The position numbers and the translations under genes are program-made. The notes below the pieces were generated by a model. That model searched no databases and was not told the DNA's origin. It saw only the letters and a program-made list of their open reading frames with translations. 64,000 bases of DNA from Raillietiella orientalis. Lineage: Eukaryota. Below are positions 63,099 to 64,000 of this stretch, in pieces. Positions within the stretch are counted from its first letter, which is position 1. Every line of letters starts with the position of its first letter. Where the stretch lies: positions 1,860,001-1,924,000 of the forward strand of contig JAYWIR010000003.1 in NCBI GenBank assembly GCA_036172245.1, in the 5' to 3' direction.

Positions 63099-64000
63099 AG
63101 CCGACTGCAAACGCCGGGATTTTTCAGATTTATTCTGCATGCCGATCGTACAACGTTGAAGCCCTTGCAGGGAGTTTGTATTGTAACTTCCTCCTGTCCG
63201 TTCCTCGCTGTTGACTACCTCCGTGGTCATTACGGACTTTCTGGGAATAAGACGCATGCTGCAGCAGCAGCAGCAGAATAACCGAACTTGTATCTCCTTG
63301 AAAGTTCCACTTTTTCGATCGCAAGGGAATGGGGCTATCTCGACTGCTTTTTTTTTTTTTTTTTTTTTTTGGCGGAATAAATAAACGAACGGAACCCTTC
63401 CGTGCGCATTTGCAAAAAAATAATGTACGCGAGAGCTTTGCGTTGCGCTTCGGGAACTCCCCTCCCCCTCCCCGGTTTTTTATAGTTTGTTGCTTGGATC
63501 AGCTTCCCCCTGCAAGTACCGCTCGAACATCTTTTAAGCATGTGGTCGGGTTCGCGTGAGTCACTTGCAGGTCGGGGAGCGCAACCCGGAGCAAAAATCC
63601 AGTCAGTGGCTTCGGGGCGTCGTATCTGACGAGACTCTCCTGACCAGGGACGTTCCTCGGGAGCACTGCTGGCGCTGCCGACGCTGTGCACTGACGGAGG
63701 AGGGTCGGATTCGTTCGAAGGTCACCCTCCGCTGGAGGAACCTTTACCTGGATCCCCTGGGCAGGATGCCGGAACTCTGCGCCTGATGATCGGTCATCAC
63801 GAGCGCGATCTCGCAGGTTTACCTTTGACACGGACTCTCAGTGAGGCTCGCGGACCTTTTTGATGGGGTCGGCGGCAAGAGCGGACGGACGTTCGTCAGC
63901 TGTGTTGCAGCACACAGAGCTGCTGCCACCGGTTTGGCATCGTTTCCAGGCAACGCACTCTCCCGACACACTCGTGGCAGCACTGCACCAAGACGGCAGC

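Noticed and set aside
63570..63800. Possible next sif exon, or a ZU5-like segment on the minus strand
   Set aside because: Splicing in the required phase hits a stop within 20 codons, and the ZU5 resemblance is only a few residues.

Overview
Eukaryotic, intron-containing genomic DNA, most likely arthropod judging from a still life (sif) homolog. It is not prokaryotic, and I see no CRISPR array, operon, rRNA or intact tRNA. The first ~34 kb is a dense graveyard of nested, degenerate retroelements. There are at least a dozen fragments of one L1/Tx1-like non-LTR retrotransposon family. APE endonuclease, RT (KAFD/RQGD/YADD/KYL/GGLG) and zf-RVT motifs are all recoverable, and most 3' ends carry a shared AATAAA + CCCGG-loop-CCGGG terminal hairpin. 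There are also about seven copies or fragments of a ~650-nt tRNA-headed SINE-like family, apparent SINE-LINE chimeras, a nested insertion with a 9-bp TSD, a near-identical 1283-bp duplication and a decayed furin-like protease fragment. From 52.6 kb the + strand carries the first four coding exons of sif (myristoylation signal + EVH1-like domain; the gene runs beyond the window). A frameshifted FAM214/Atos C-terminal fragment lies antisense, downstream of exon 4. Most long ORFs in the supplied track are GC-rich shadow ORFs. The region ~34-52 kb could not be assigned to known genes. I found no clearly new biological system; the most novel-looking signals are the retroelement 3' motif, the SINE family and the SINE-LINE chimeras. 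All homology calls come from motif recognition by eye, not from database searches.
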